A stretch of DNA of 64,000 bases from Candidatus Eiseniibacteriota bacterium (GTDB lineage: Bacteria; Eisenbacteria; RBG-16-71-46; CAIMUX01; VGJL01). Positions within the stretch are counted from its first letter, which is position 1. Each line of letters starts with the position of its first letter. A program made the translations under genes and the position numbers. The notes below the pieces were generated by a model. It saw only the letters and a program-made list of their open reading frames with translations. It had not been told where the DNA came from and made no database searches. Of this stretch, positions 1-13,074 are shown piece after piece. The DNA lies in NCBI GenBank assembly GCA_041946735.1, contig JBHGAY010000007.1, positions 32,001 to 96,000 of the forward strand, read 5' to 3'.

Positions 1-465
1 TTCGTGTTCCAGTTCCACCACCTGCTTCCGGAGTTCAGCGCGCTCGAGAACGTTGAGATGCCCGGCAGGATATCCGGCGCCGATCCGAAGGCCACGCGGG
101 CTCGCGCCGAGGAGTTGTTGGAGGTGGTCGGGTTGTCGGATCGTGCGCGCCACCGGCCTCACGAGATGTCCGGAGGAGAGCAGCAGAGAGTCGCGGTCGC
201 GCGTGCTCTCATCCAGGATCCCGAAGTGGTCCTCGCGGACGAACCCTCCGGCAACCTGGACCCCGACACGGCCGAACGCTTGCATGAGCTGGTGTATACT
301 TTGGCCAGAGACCGGGGTCAGAGCTGGATCATCGCAACGCACAATGAAAACCTCGCCCGCGTTGCCGATAACAGGAGAAGGCTCCTTGCGGGACGGCTCG
401 TAGAGGAGCGGACCATCTCCGAACCGATCGTGGGCAGGACCGCCGGAGGAAGGGAATCGCCGTGA
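1..465 (+). CDS. lolD: Lipoprotein-releasing ABC transporter ATP-binding subunit (5' truncated by window)
   Basis: FVFQFHHLLPEFSALENV, MSGGEQQRVAVARAL signature, LADEPSGNLD Walker B/D-loop, THN H-loop. Confidence 0.88.
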   Translation, partial: FVFQFHHLLPEFSALENVEMPGRISGADPKATRARAEELLEVVGLSDRARHRPHEMSGGEQQRVAVARALIQDPEVVLADEPSGNLDPDTAERLHELVYTLARDRGQSWIIATHNENLARVADNRRRLLAGRLVEERTISEPIVGRTAGGRESP

Positions 466-983
466 AGTGCCAGGTGTGCGGGGAAGCCGAGGCCACCATC
501 CATTTCAAGGAGCTGAAGAACGAGGAGATGCGGGAGCTCCATCTCTGTCCCCGTTGCGCGGAAGAGAAGGGGTTCCACTCGGTCGTGGAGCAGGAGAAGA
601 CCTCTCTGGCGAATCAGTTCATCTGGATGGCCGAGAACCTCTCGCCCGAGGGGGCGAAGGCGGGGCTGGTGCAGTGCAATCGTTGCGGCCTCCGGTACAG
701 CGAGTTCACCCGCAACGGGCGGCTCGGATGTATGGAGTGCTATACCGCGTTCGATCTGCAGCTTCGCCGCCTGCTGCGTCGGATCCATGGCTCGACGCGG
801 CACGCCGGGAAGGTGCCGGGACGGCCCGGCGCCGGAGGAGAGCGGCAGGCCGCGCTCTACCGCCTGCGCGAGGAACTGCAGAGGGCGATCGCGATGGAGA
901 ACTTCGAGCGGGCCGCCGAGATCCGCGACGGCATCCGCGCCCTCGAACATCCGGCCGTGGAGGAGGAGGAGGGGCGTTCGTGA
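462..983 (+). CDS. mcsA: McsA, Zn-binding activator of the protein arginine kinase (UVR domain)
   Basis: Four CxxC-type motifs (CQVC, CPRC, CNRC, GCMEC), IHGSTRHAGKVP, C-terminal UVR motif ENFERAAEIRD; upstream of mcsB-clpC. Confidence 0.92.
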   Translation: MKCQVCGEAEATIHFKELKNEEMRELHLCPRCAEEKGFHSVVEQEKTSLANQFIWMAENLSPEGAKAGLVQCNRCGLRYSEFTRNGRLGCMECYTAFDLQLRRLLRRIHGSTRHAGKVPGRPGAGGERQAALYRLREELQRAIAMENFERAAEIRDGIRALEHPAVEEEEGRS

Positions 984-2078
984 TCCACGTGGAGGACATG
1001 ATGAACTCCGGACGGCGCTGGTTCGACGGCTTGGGCCCGCGTGCGGACGAAACCCTGTCCACGCGTGTTCGGCTCGCTCGCAACCTCGCCGGGTACCGGT
1101 TCGTGGGATCCGCGAAAGAAGAGGAGCTGCACGGCGTCTTCGAGCGCGTCGGCTCCGCGCTGGCGGAAGCGCCGGCGATGAAGCAAGGGGAAGTCGCTGC
1201 CATCGACGAGCTGGGCGTCCTCGACCGCCAGTTCCTTCTCGAGCGGCACCTGCTCACGCATGATCTCGCCGCGGAGGCGAAGCATCGCGGCATCGGGATC
1301 GGACCGGGCGAGGCCTTGAGCGTCATGATCAACGAGGAGGACCACCTTCGCCTTCAGTGCCTCAAGAGCGGGATGCAGCTCTACGAGGCCTGGGAAGAAG
1401 CGAACCGTCTCGACGACCAGCTCAGCGAGGAACTGCCCTTCGCCTTCTCCGAGGAGTTCGGCTACCTGACGTCCTGCCCGACGAACGTGGGGACCGGGCT
1501 GCGGGCGAGCCTCCTGGTCCACCTGCCGTCGCTCGTGCTGACGCAAAGGATCAAGAAGGTTCTTGCCGGCGTCACCCAGGTCGGCCTCTCCGTTCGGGGG
1601 TTCCAGGGCGAGGGAAGCGACGTCATCGGCAATTTCTTCCAGATCTCCAATCAGGTCACGCTCGGGATGAGCGAGCCCGCGACGCTCGAGAAGCTCCAGG
1701 GGGTGGTCCTTCAGATCCTCGACATGGAGGGGAAGGCGCGAGAGGCGCTCCTGCGTGACGCGCGCACGCAGATCGAGGACAAGGTCGGGCGCGCCTACGG
1801 TACGCTGCTACACGCGCGGATCCTCTCTTCGCAGGAGACGATGGGATTGCTCTCCGCGCTGCGCTTCGGAAAGACGATCGGCCTCCCGGGACTGCCCGAG
1901 ATCGAGACGATCAACGACATGCTGATCTGCTCCCAGCCGGCTCATCTGCAGAAGATCGCCGGCCGGACGATGGACTCGACCGAGCGGAACCACTACCGGC
2001 CGCTCTGGATCCAGGAGAGGTTGAAGACCCAGGCGTCCCGCAAGCCGGGGAAGCCCGACCAGAGGGGGAAGCCCAACG

Positions 2079-2086
<8 letters not shown>
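980..2086 (+). CDS. mcsB: Protein arginine kinase McsB
   Basis: [50 protein letters not shown] at 980 overlaps the mcsA stop after a GGAGG run. Confidence 0.93.
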
Positions 2087-4517
<2,431 letters not shown>

Positions 4518-4560
4518 TGCGCAAGCCTTCCGGGCGCAGGATGCGCCGGGAGTCGTCCGA

Positions 4561-6933
4561 GTGAAGTCGTGGGGTGTCCGGAGGGGCGGGGCAACGACAT
4601 CGGTTGCCGTATCGAAGAGGGCCGGACCGGGCTTCGCGCTCGGCTCCGCCCTCTTCGCGTTCCTGCTCTTCGCCGGTCTCGCCCGCGGCCAGAGCGAGCC
4701 GGTCTTCGACGTCCCGGTCGCCGGGATCGAGGTCCGGGGCAACGAGACGGCGGAGAAGGACCTCATCGTTTCGACGTTGAACGTCCCCATCGGGGAGCCG
4801 TTGAACGAGCAGAGGTTGCGGGCCGGGGTTCGCGCACTTTGGAACCTCGGCCTCTTCTCTTCCATCACCGTGCTGGCCGAGCCGGAGGCAGAGGCCCAGA
4901 AGCTGATCGTCGACGTCGTGGAGAACCGCCGCGTCGCCGCGGTCGAGTTCGCGGGCAACGACAAGATCGGCACGGAGGACCTCAAGGGGAAGGTCACGCT
5001 CCAGCCTGGGCAGATGCTCTCCGACCAGAAGCTGTTCGAGGGATGCCGCGCGATCGAGAAGGCGTACCAGGACGAAGGGTATGCGAGCGCGCGATGCACG
5101 TCGCAGGTGACCCCGATCGAGGGAAACCAGGTGCATGTCGCGTTCAAGATCGAGGAAGGGCCGCGCGTGAAGATCGCGCGCGTCGAGATCGAGGGAAACC
5201 AGGCGTTCGACGACGACAAGCTGCGCGGCGAGATCAAGCTGAAGCCCAACGGGCTGTTCCATCGCAAGCGCTACACCGCCGAGCGGCTCCGGGAGGAGAG
5301 GGCGCGGCTCGAGGAGTTCTACCGCAACCACGGATACCGGGACGCCGTCGTCACGGTCGACGATCCCCAGTTCGAGGACGTGGGCAAGAAGGTCGTCCTT
5401 CGCTTCGCCGTCGAGGAGGGGCAGTTCTACCGGTTCGGCGACTTGACCTGGAGCGGCAACCAGGCGGTCACGACGACGGCGTTGCAGGGGATCGCGCGCT
5501 TCCAGCCGGGGGATGCGTTCAGCCAGCAGGCGCTCGAGCAGACGACCGGCGAGGCCTACGGGCTCTACACCGACAAGGGGTTCCTGCTCGAGGTTTCGAT
5601 CGTGCCGGAGACGACGGTGGAGAACGGGCGGGTGAACGTCGCCTACCGGATCGAGGAGGGGCGCCCCTCGCATGTCCAGGAAATCCGGATCCGCGGGAAC
5701 CGCCACACGAAGGAGAAGGTGATCCGGCGCGAGCTCACCCTCTATCCGGGGGACCTCCTGCGCCGCTCCGCGCTGCTGCGGTCTCAGCGCGACGTCTTCG
5801 CGCTCGGCTTCTTCGACGACGTGCAGATCGACTATGAGCCGACCGGCGACTCGACCGACGTCGACATCGTCTATCAGGTCAAGGAGAAGACGTCCGGCCA
5901 GCTCAGCGGGGGGATGGGGTACTCGAGCGAATCGGGATTGACCGGCTTCCTGCAGATCGGGCATCCGAACCTCTTCGGCAACGGGCAGAGTATCTCCCTC
6001 TACCTCGAGAGGGGCGGGCGTCGCGAGAACTACGAGCTGAGCTTCCAGGATCCCTGGTTCCTGGGACATCCGGTCTCGGTCGGCATCGACGTTTTCAACA
6101 CGCGCCGGACGCGGGACCTCTATACCGAGACGCGGCGCGGCGGGGGCCTGTCGTTCGGCCGGCCGTGGTTCTATCCGTTCCCGGACTACACGCGGATCTT
6201 CGTCGGCTATTCGCTCGAGGATTTCAAGTACGGCGAGTTCGACGCCTCGCTGGAGTCGACGACGTCCGACACCGGCGTCCCGCTGGCGGACCTGCTTCGC
6301 GACAGCTCGGGGCTCATCAGCTCGAGCTACGTCTCGATCGTCCGCAACTCGACCGACAATCCCTTCTATCCGACGCTCGGCTCGAAGACGACCGCCCGCT
6401 TGGAACTGGCGGGTGGGCCGCTGGGAGGCGACCAGCACTACTTCAAGCCGACGATCGACCATCGCGACTACTTCCAGCCTGTGTGGAAGCCGGTGCTGAT
6501 GCTGCGCTGGCGCGGCGGCTGGATCGTTCCGCTCCCCGGCAAGGGGGGAGTCCCGAGCACCGAGACGTTCCGACTCGGAGGGACGCGGCCGTTCGAGTAC
6601 CTGCGCGGCTACGACGACTACTACATCGTCCCGGAGGAGAACGTGACGGGGACCGGCTCCTCGGCGGTCCGCTTCCCGGGCGGGCGCGCGATGTTCGGCT
6701 TCACGGCGGAGCTTCAGTTCCCGATCGTGAATCCGGTTCGCGGCCTCTTCTTCTTCGACGCCGGCGACACCTGGAATCGTCCCGGGGAGGTCGGCCTCTC
6801 CCGGCTGAAGGAGTCCTTCGGCGCCGGTCTGCGCTTCGAGATCCCGCTGCTCGGTCCCGTCGGCTTCGACTACGCCTACGGCACCGCCGTGAAGGACTGG
6901 CGCTTCCACTTCATCGTGGGGCCCAGCTTCTAG
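4561..6933 (+). CDS. bamA: Outer membrane protein assembly factor BamA (start approximate)
   Basis: Signal peptide, POTRA repeats (IxIxGNxxT), NLFGNGQ, YLRGY motif, LGPVGFDYAY, terminal Phe. Confidence 0.93.
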   Translation: MKSWGVRRGGATTSVAVSKRAGPGFALGSALFAFLLFAGLARGQSEPVFDVPVAGIEVRGNETAEKDLIVSTLNVPIGEPLNEQRLRAGVRALWNLGLFSSITVLAEPEAEAQKLIVDVVENRRVAAVEFAGNDKIGTEDLKGKVTLQPGQMLSDQKLFEGCRAIEKAYQDEGYASARCTSQVTPIEGNQVHVAFKIEEGPRVKIARVEIEGNQAFDDDKLRGEIKLKPNGLFHRKRYTAERLREERARLEEFYRNHGYRDAVVTVDDPQFEDVGKKVVLRFAVEEGQFYRFGDLTWSGNQAVTTTALQGIARFQPGDAFSQQALEQTTGEAYGLYTDKGFLLEVSIVPETTVENGRVNVAYRIEEGRPSHVQEIRIRGNRHTKEKVIRRELTLYPGDLLRRSALLRSQRDVFALGFFDDVQIDYEPTGDSTDVDIVYQVKEKTSGQLSGGMGYSSESGLTGFLQIGHPNLFGNGQSISLYLERGGRRENYELSFQDPWFLGHPVSVGIDVFNTRRTRDLYTETRRGGGLSFGRPWFYPFPDYTRIFVGYSLEDFKYGEFDASLESTTSDTGVPLADLLRDSSGLISSSYVSIVRNSTDNPFYPTLGSKTTARLELAGGPLGGDQHYFKPTIDHRDYFQPVWKPVLMLRWRGGWIVPLPGKGGVPSTETFRLGGTRPFEYLRGYDDYYIVPEENVTGTGSSAVRFPGGRAMFGFTAELQFPIVNPVRGLFFFDAGDTWNRPGEVGLSRLKESFGAGLRFEIPLLGPVGFDYAYGTAVKDWRFHFIVGPSF

Positions 6934-6989
6934 AGTTCTGGAGAGGGTCGCGGAAGAGAGCCCGCCGCGCCGCGATCCAAGGGATTTCG

Positions 6990-7018
6990 TTCTCGTGGCG
7001 GTAGGAATCGGCTACCAT
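6990..7018 (+). promoter_or_regulatory. Possible weak sigma70 promoter for skp-lpx genes
   Basis: TTCTCG-17 bp-TACCAT, about 40 bp upstream of the skp ATG. Confidence 0.3.
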
Positions 7019-7056
7019 CCGGGCGCCGGCCCAGCCCGCCCGGCGAGGGAGTTTCC

Positions 7057-7614
7057 ATGATCGTTCGGAGTCGAGGGTCGAGCGCGATCGTCGCGCTCGC
7101 CGTGTGGATCGCCTGCCTGGCGCTCGCCACCTCGCTACCGGCGCCGGCCGCGGCGCAGGACCTCAAGATCGGGTTCATCCGCTCCTCGGCGATCCTCGAC
7201 CAGTACGAGGGGGCCCGGGCGGCGGTCGCCACACTGAACGGCGACATCGAGGCGTGGAATCAGGAGGCCCAGACGCGGATGCGCGAGCTCGACGCGCTGC
7301 GCCGCGAGCTGGGGGCGCAGGCCCCGATGCTGTCGGATCAGGTGCGGCGGGAGAAGGAACAGGAGTACCAGCGCAAGTCGGCCGCGTACGACCAGTACGT
7401 CCAGTCGATCTGGGGACCTCAGGGCCTCGTCGCCTCGCGCAACGAGGAGCTGCTCCGCGGCGTCGTCGAGAAGATCCAGCGGGCGGCCCGGAAGATCGCG
7501 AGCGAGCAGGGCTTCACTTTCATCCTCGACGCTTCCGACGGTAATCTGATCTACGGAGACACCACGTACGATCTGACCGACCAGGTGCTCGAGATCCTGA
7601 AGACGCCCGAGTAA
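7057..7614 (+). CDS. skp: Skp/OmpH periplasmic chaperone
   Basis: Signal peptide, LKIGFI start, coiled coil, GFTFILD...YDLTDQVL; between bamA and lpxD. Confidence 0.9.
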   Translation: MIVRSRGSSAIVALAVWIACLALATSLPAPAAAQDLKIGFIRSSAILDQYEGARAAVATLNGDIEAWNQEAQTRMRELDALRRELGAQAPMLSDQVRREKEQEYQRKSAAYDQYVQSIWGPQGLVASRNEELLRGVVEKIQRAARKIASEQGFTFILDASDGNLIYGDTTYDLTDQVLEILKTPE

Positions 7615-7643
7615 GGATTCGAGGGGCGGGAGGGGACGGGGAC

Positions 7644-8810
7644 ATGCGCATTCGGCTCGACGAGCTGGCCCGCAGGCTCGACGTTCCGCTCGACGGGGAC
7701 GGCTCGATCGAGATCACGGGTGTCGCCGGGATCCGCGAGGCGGGCCCCGGCGATTTGACGTTCCTCGGTCATCCGAAGTACGAGGTCCATCTCGCCCAGA
7801 CCGGCGCCTCGGCGATCATCATGGCGAGGCCTCGCGGGAACCTCGGCATTCCCGTCCTGCAGGCAGCCCATCCCTACCTCACCTTCCTCAAGGCGCTGAA
7901 GCTGTTCTCCGACGACCGCCTCGGCGTGCTCCCCGGCATCCATGGGACCGCCGTCATCGGTCGCAACGCGCGATTCGGCGCCGAAGTGTCGATCGGGCCT
8001 CACGCGGTTCTCGGCGACGACGTCGTCCTCGGCGACCGGGTGATCGTCATGGCGGGGGTCTACGTCGGCAACGGAGCGCGGATCGGGAGCGAGTCGCTCC
8101 TCTATCCGAACGTCGTGATCCGCGAGGACTCGAGGCTGGGGGAGCGGGTGATCGTGCACAGCGGGGCGGTGATCGGGAGCGATGGCTTCGGTTTCACGCG
8201 CGAAGGCAACGTCATCCACAAGATCCCGCAGATCGGAAACGTGGAGATCGGCGACGACGTGGAGATCGGGGCCAACGCCACGATCGACCGCGCGACGACC
8301 GGAACGACGCGGATCGGGCGTGGAACGCGGATCGACAACCTCGTGATGATCGCGCACAACGTGACGATCGGCGAGAACTCGATCCTCTGCGCGCAGGTCG
8401 GAATCTCCGGCAGCACCCAGGTTGGAAACGACGTGACGCTGGCCGGGCAGGTGGGCCTCGTCGGGCACATCGAGATCGGTGACGGGGTGCAGGTCGGGGC
8501 GCAGGGAGGAGTCACGAAGTCGATACCGGCCGGGACGTCGGTCTCCGGCTATCCCGCGCTGCCGCACGGGCAGGCCCGCCGCATCTACGCGGCGATGCGC
8601 CATCTTCCCGACATGCTCCGCGAAGTTCGCGATCTCGAGCGCCGCCTCCTCGCGCTCGAGACGCACCTCGGCCGGGCGGCGGATGCGGCGGGCGCCGAAA
8701 CGGAGGAGCCGGACGCGGCGAAGTCCCGCGGAGGAGCGCAGGCGGCGGAGGGAGGCCGAGCGCAGACAGGGGAGGGACGCGGAGGAGCCCAAGCGCAGGA
8801 GGATCGATGA
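7644..8810 (+). CDS. lpxD: UDP-3-O-acylglucosamine N-acyltransferase
   Basis: Hexapeptide repeats, [33 protein letters not shown]. Confidence 0.95.
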   Translation: MRIRLDELARRLDVPLDGDGSIEITGVAGIREAGPGDLTFLGHPKYEVHLAQTGASAIIMARPRGNLGIPVLQAAHPYLTFLKALKLFSDDRLGVLPGIHGTAVIGRNARFGAEVSIGPHAVLGDDVVLGDRVIVMAGVYVGNGARIGSESLLYPNVVIREDSRLGERVIVHSGAVIGSDGFGFTREGNVIHKIPQIGNVEIGDDVEIGANATIDRATTGTTRIGRGTRIDNLVMIAHNVTIGENSILCAQVGISGSTQVGNDVTLAGQVGLVGHIEIGDGVQVGAQGGVTKSIPAGTSVSGYPALPHGQARRIYAAMRHLPDMLREVRDLERRLLALETHLGRAADAAGAETEEPDAAKSRGGAQAAEGGRAQTGEGRGGAQAQEDR

Positions 8811-10126
8811 ACGCCACGATGATGCAGAGGACGATCGCGAGGCCGGCCACCTTCGAGGGGGTCGGCCTCCATTCGGGAGCGAAGTGCCGGCTGACCTTCC
8901 GTCCGGCCGACGCGGACGGCGGGATCCGCTTCGTGCGCGTCGACCTGCCCGGCTCGCCGGAGATCCCGGTGAAGCCGGATAACGCGGGGAACGAAGCCGC
9001 CTCGCTGCGGCGGTCTGTCCTGCGCTGCGGGAACTGCGCCGTCCATACGGTCGAACACGTGCTTGCGTCGCTGCTCGGCCTGTCGATCGACAACGTCCGG
9101 ATCGAGCTCGACGGGGAGGAGGCGCCGGAACCGGTCGACGGCAGCGCGCGGCCGATCGTCGAGGCCCTTCTCGCGGCCGGGATCGTCGAGCAGCCGGCAC
9201 CGCGGCGGACGATCGCCATCCAGGATCCGGTCAGCTTCAGCGAGCCTCCGGTACAGCTCGTCGCCCTGCCGCATGATGGCTTCCGCGTCTCGTTCACCAT
9301 CCAGTACGACTCGCGGATCCTGGGGACGCAGCACGCGAGCTTCGACATCACACCCGAAGTGTTCGCGCGCGAGATCGCTCCCGCGCGTACCTTCGTCCTC
9401 TATCGCGACGTGGAGAAGCTCCGCCAGGCGGGGATGATCAAGGGGGGCACGCTGCGCAACGCGGTCGTCGTCAAGGACGATGAGGTGATGTCCGAGGAGC
9501 CGCTGCGCTTCCCGGACGAGTTCGTCCGCCACAAGATCCTCGACCTGATCGGCGATCTGTGCCTGCTCGGGCGCCCGTTGCGCGGGCATGTCCTGTCGGT
9601 GCGCAGCGGACACGACACGAACGTGCAGTTCGTCAAGCGGATCGACCAGGCGTCCGCCCGCCCCTACGATTACAGCGACCTGCTCGACCGGGTGCACTTC
9701 GACATCACCGCGATCGAGCGGATCATGCCGCATCGCTTCCCCATGCTGCTCGTCGACCGGATCCTCCTCCTCGAGGAACGCAAGCGGGTCGTGGGACTGA
9801 AGAACGTGACGATGAACGAGCCGTTCTTCGCCGGCCATTTCCCGGGACACCCGATCATGCCGGCGGTGTTGATCATCGAGGCGATGGCGCAGGTCGGTGG
9901 CGTCCTGCTCCTCCACACCGTGGAGGATCCGGACACGAAGCTCGTCTACTTCATGGGAATCGACAACGCCAAGTTCCGCCGTCCGGCCCTGCCGGGAGAC
10001 CAGCTGATCTTCGACCTCGAGATGGTGAAGCTGAAGAGCCGCATCTGCAAGATGACCGGCCGCTGCTATACGCGAGGCCAGCTCGTCGCCGAGGCGGACC
10101 TGCTTTCCACGATCGTGGACCGGTGA
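8807..10126 (+). CDS. lpxC: Bifunctional LpxC deacetylase / FabZ dehydratase
   Basis: QRTI...[23 protein letters not shown] (LpxC) fused in frame to [25 protein letters not shown] (FabZ). Confidence 0.95.
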   Translation: MNATMMQRTIARPATFEGVGLHSGAKCRLTFRPADADGGIRFVRVDLPGSPEIPVKPDNAGNEAASLRRSVLRCGNCAVHTVEHVLASLLGLSIDNVRIELDGEEAPEPVDGSARPIVEALLAAGIVEQPAPRRTIAIQDPVSFSEPPVQLVALPHDGFRVSFTIQYDSRILGTQHASFDITPEVFAREIAPARTFVLYRDVEKLRQAGMIKGGTLRNAVVVKDDEVMSEEPLRFPDEFVRHKILDLIGDLCLLGRPLRGHVLSVRSGHDTNVQFVKRIDQASARPYDYSDLLDRVHFDITAIERIMPHRFPMLLVDRILLLEERKRVVGLKNVTMNEPFFAGHFPGHPIMPAVLIIEAMAQVGGVLLLHTVEDPDTKLVYFMGIDNAKFRRPALPGDQLIFDLEMVKLKSRICKMTGRCYTRGQLVAEADLLSTIVDR

Positions 10127-10151
10127 GCGAAGGGGAACGGGGGTAGGGGGA

Positions 10152-10925
10152 ATGCCGAAGATCGACCCGACGGCTCGCGTCTCTCTCCGGGCGGAGCTGG
10201 CCGACGACGTGAAGATCGGTCCCTGGTGCATCGTGGGCCGCCACGTGCGGCTCGCCGAGGGGTGCGTTCTCGACTCCAGCGTCGTCATCGACGGCCGGGC
10301 GTCGATCGGGCCGCGCAACCACTTCCATCACGGCGCGGTGATCGGCTCCGCGCCCCAGGACCTGAAGTACCGCGGCGCGATGACCGCCATCGAGATCGGC
10401 GCAGGGAACACCTTCCGCGAATATTGCACGGTGAACCGCGCGACCGACGAAGGGCAGGCGACGGTGATCGGCGACGAGTGCCTGATCATGGCCTACTCGC
10501 ACGTCGCGCACAACTGCGTCCTCGGCGATCACGTGATCCTCGTCAACTCGGCGAACGTCGCGGGCCACTGTGAGCTGGGCGACTACGCGATCGTCGGCGG
10601 CGTCACTCCGGTGCACCAGTTCGTGAAGATCGGCCCGCACGCGATCATCGGTGGCGGGTGCCGCGTTCCGAAGGACGTCGTGCCGTTCGTGCGGGCCGCG
10701 GGCAACCCGCTTCGCGTGTCCGGCTTGAACTCGGTCGGCCTGCTGCGCCGCGGCTTTTCGGAAGAGGCGCGCGAGGAGCTTCGCAAGGTCTACCGGATCT
10801 TCTTCCGGACGACCCTCCTCGTGCCCGAGGCGCTGCGCGCGATCCGCGAGCAATGCAAGCCGCTTCCCGAAGTGGAGCTGTTCTGCCGCTTCGTCGAGCG
10901 GTCCGAGCGCGGGATCACGAGGTAG
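10152..10925 (+). CDS. lpxA: Acyl-ACP:UDP-N-acetylglucosamine acyltransferase
   Basis: PQDLKY, MAYSHVAHNC, PVHQF, GLNSVGLLRRGF; hexapeptide repeats. Confidence 0.95.
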   Translation: MPKIDPTARVSLRAELADDVKIGPWCIVGRHVRLAEGCVLDSSVVIDGRASIGPRNHFHHGAVIGSAPQDLKYRGAMTAIEIGAGNTFREYCTVNRATDEGQATVIGDECLIMAYSHVAHNCVLGDHVILVNSANVAGHCELGDYAIVGGVTPVHQFVKIGPHAIIGGGCRVPKDVVPFVRAAGNPLRVSGLNSVGLLRRGFSEEAREELRKVYRIFFRTTLLVPEALRAIREQCKPLPEVELFCRFVERSERGITR

Positions 10926-10930
10926 CGGGG

Positions 10931-11953
10931 ATGGCGGCCGGGCCGGTCGACGTGGCGGTCGTCGGGTGCGGACATCTCGGCACCTTCCACGCGCGCACCT
11001 GGTCCCGCAATCCGCGGGCGCGACTCGTGGCGGTCGCCGACGTCGTGGAGGAGCGCGCACGGCGGCTCGGCGAGGAGCTGGGCTGCGCCACCGTCCTCTC
11101 CCATCGCGATCTTCCGCCGGGCGTGCGCGCGGCGAGCGTAGCGGTGCCGACGAGCGCGCACGCGGAGGTCTCCATCGATCTGTTGCGTGCGGGCGTCGAC
11201 GTCCTCGTCGAGAAGCCGCTCGCCGCCGATCCGGTCGACGGCGCGGAGATGGTGCGGGCGGCGCGGGAGTCGGGGCGCGTGCTGGCGGTCGGGCAGATCG
11301 AGCGGTGCAACCCGGCCTTCCGCGAGGCGCGCGAGCGGCTCGGCCGGCCGCGGTTCATCGAGTCCCACCGTCTGGCGACGTTCGTGCCGCGCAGCCTCGA
11401 CGTGGATGTCGTCCTCGATCTGATGATCCACGACATCGACCTCGTCCTCTCCGTGGCGGGCTCCCCCCTGGAGCGCATCGATGCGGTCGGAGTTCCGGTG
11501 ATCACGGGAGGGGCGGACATCGCCAACGCTCGCCTCGTCTTCTCCGACGGGCTCGTCGCCAACTTGACGGCGAGCCGCGTCTCCGGCTCCCGCCTGCGCA
11601 AGATCCGCTTCTTCGCGCCGAACCTCTACCTGTCGGTCGATCTCGGCGAGCGCCGCGTGGAGGAAGTCCGGCTGGAGCGGATCGATCGCAGCGATCCGCC
11701 TCCGGCCGCCGGAACTCCTGAGGAGGCGATCCTCGCCGCTCGCGGCATGCGTCTCGTGCGCGGATCGCTTCCGCCGCTCGAGGGGGACGCGCTGCGGAGC
11801 GAGATCGAGAGCTTCGTGGCCGCCTGCCTCGACGGTGGGCGTCCGGCCTGCGACGGGGAGGAGGGACTGCGGAGCCTCGAAGTCGCGCTGCGCGTGCGCG
11901 AGGAGGTGGCGAAGAGTCTCGCGCGCCTGCTCGACTCGCCAGCGGAGCGATGA
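10931..11953 (+). CDS. Gfo/Idh/MocA oxidoreductase (GnnA-like, UDP-GlcNAc 3-dehydrogenase candidate)
   Basis: VVGCGHLG Rossmann motif, VLVEKP, DVVLDLMIHDID, NLTASRVS; located between lpxA and lpxB. Confidence 0.8.
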   Translation: MAAGPVDVAVVGCGHLGTFHARTWSRNPRARLVAVADVVEERARRLGEELGCATVLSHRDLPPGVRAASVAVPTSAHAEVSIDLLRAGVDVLVEKPLAADPVDGAEMVRAARESGRVLAVGQIERCNPAFREARERLGRPRFIESHRLATFVPRSLDVDVVLDLMIHDIDLVLSVAGSPLERIDAVGVPVITGGADIANARLVFSDGLVANLTASRVSGSRLRKIRFFAPNLYLSVDLGERRVEEVRLERIDRSDPPPAAGTPEEAILAARGMRLVRGSLPPLEGDALRSEIESFVAACLDGGRPACDGEEGLRSLEVALRVREEVAKSLARLLDSPAER

Positions 11954-13074
11954 CGCGGCTGTTCCTCGCGGCCGGCGAAGCTTCCGGGGACCTCCACGGC
12001 GGCCTGCTCGCGCGGGAGCTTCGGACGCTCGACCCGGGCATCGAGCTGGTCGGAATCGGCGGCGAGGCGATGGCGCGCGAAGGGGTGCGCCTCTTCTTTC
12101 GCAGCGAGGAGATGGCCGTCACCGGGCTTTGGGAGGTCCTCGGCCATCTTCCGCGCCTCTCGCGGATCCTCTCGGAAGCGGTCGCGCGCTTGAAGGCGGA
12201 GCGTCCCGACGCCGTCGTGCCGATCGACTTCCCCGACTGGAACCTGCGATTCGCCGCGCGCGCGCACCGTCTCGGCATCCCGATCGTCTACTACATCTCG
12301 CCCCAGGTCTGGGCCTGGCGGCGCGGGAGGCTCGGCCTTCTCGCGCGGCTGGTCCGGCGGATGATCGTCATCTTCCCGTTCGAGGAGGATCTCTACCGCC
12401 AGGCGGGCGTCCCCGTCACCTACGTGGGGCATCCGCTGGCCGAGCGCGTGCGGCCACGCTGGCCGCGCGAGGAGACGCGGCGCCGGCTTGGTCTGGCGGA
12501 CGGCGACCGGCTGATCGTCCTCCTTCCGGGAAGCCGGCCGAGCGAGGTCGGACGGATCCTGCCCGCGATGCTCGAGGCGCGGCGAAGGCTCGCGGCCGAC
12601 GGCACTCTGAGCTGGGCGCTCGCGCTCGCCCCGGGACTCGAAGGGGCACGCGCAGTCGAGCGGGCGCGGGAGGCGGGGGTGATCGTGCGCGCAGGGGAGG
12701 CATACGAGCTTCTCGCCGCGGCCGACCTCGCCCTCGTCGCATCCGGCACAGCGACGCTCGAGGCGGCGATCCTCGGCGCGCCGATGATCGTCGTCTACAA
12801 GATGCATCCGCTCACCTGGCAGCTGGCGCGCAGGATCGTGAAGGTCCCGCACGTCGCGATGGCGAATCTGCTCGCCGGCGACCGCGTCGTTCCGGAACTG
12901 CTGCAGGGGGAGGCGAACGGGGAGCGTCTGGCGGCCGAGATCAGAACATGGATCGACGATCCCGAACGGCGAGCTGCCGCGTCGGCGCGCCTTCGCGCAG
13001 TGGCCGGGAAGCTGGGGGAGGCGGGCGCGCCGCGGCGGGCCGCCCAGGCGATCCTCGCGGAGATCGGGCGATGA
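11950..13074 (+). CDS. lpxB: Lipid A disaccharide synthase
   Basis: AGEASGDLHG, YYISPQVWAWR, FPFEE, VGHPL, LPGSR, SGTATLE. Confidence 0.95.
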   Translation: MTRLFLAAGEASGDLHGGLLARELRTLDPGIELVGIGGEAMAREGVRLFFRSEEMAVTGLWEVLGHLPRLSRILSEAVARLKAERPDAVVPIDFPDWNLRFAARAHRLGIPIVYYISPQVWAWRRGRLGLLARLVRRMIVIFPFEEDLYRQAGVPVTYVGHPLAERVRPRWPREETRRRLGLADGDRLIVLLPGSRPSEVGRILPAMLEARRRLAADGTLSWALALAPGLEGARAVERAREAGVIVRAGEAYELLAAADLALVASGTATLEAAILGAPMIVVYKMHPLTWQLARRIVKVPHVAMANLLAGDRVVPELLQGEANGERLAAEIRTWIDDPERRAAASARLRAVAGKLGEAGAPRRAAQAILAEIGR

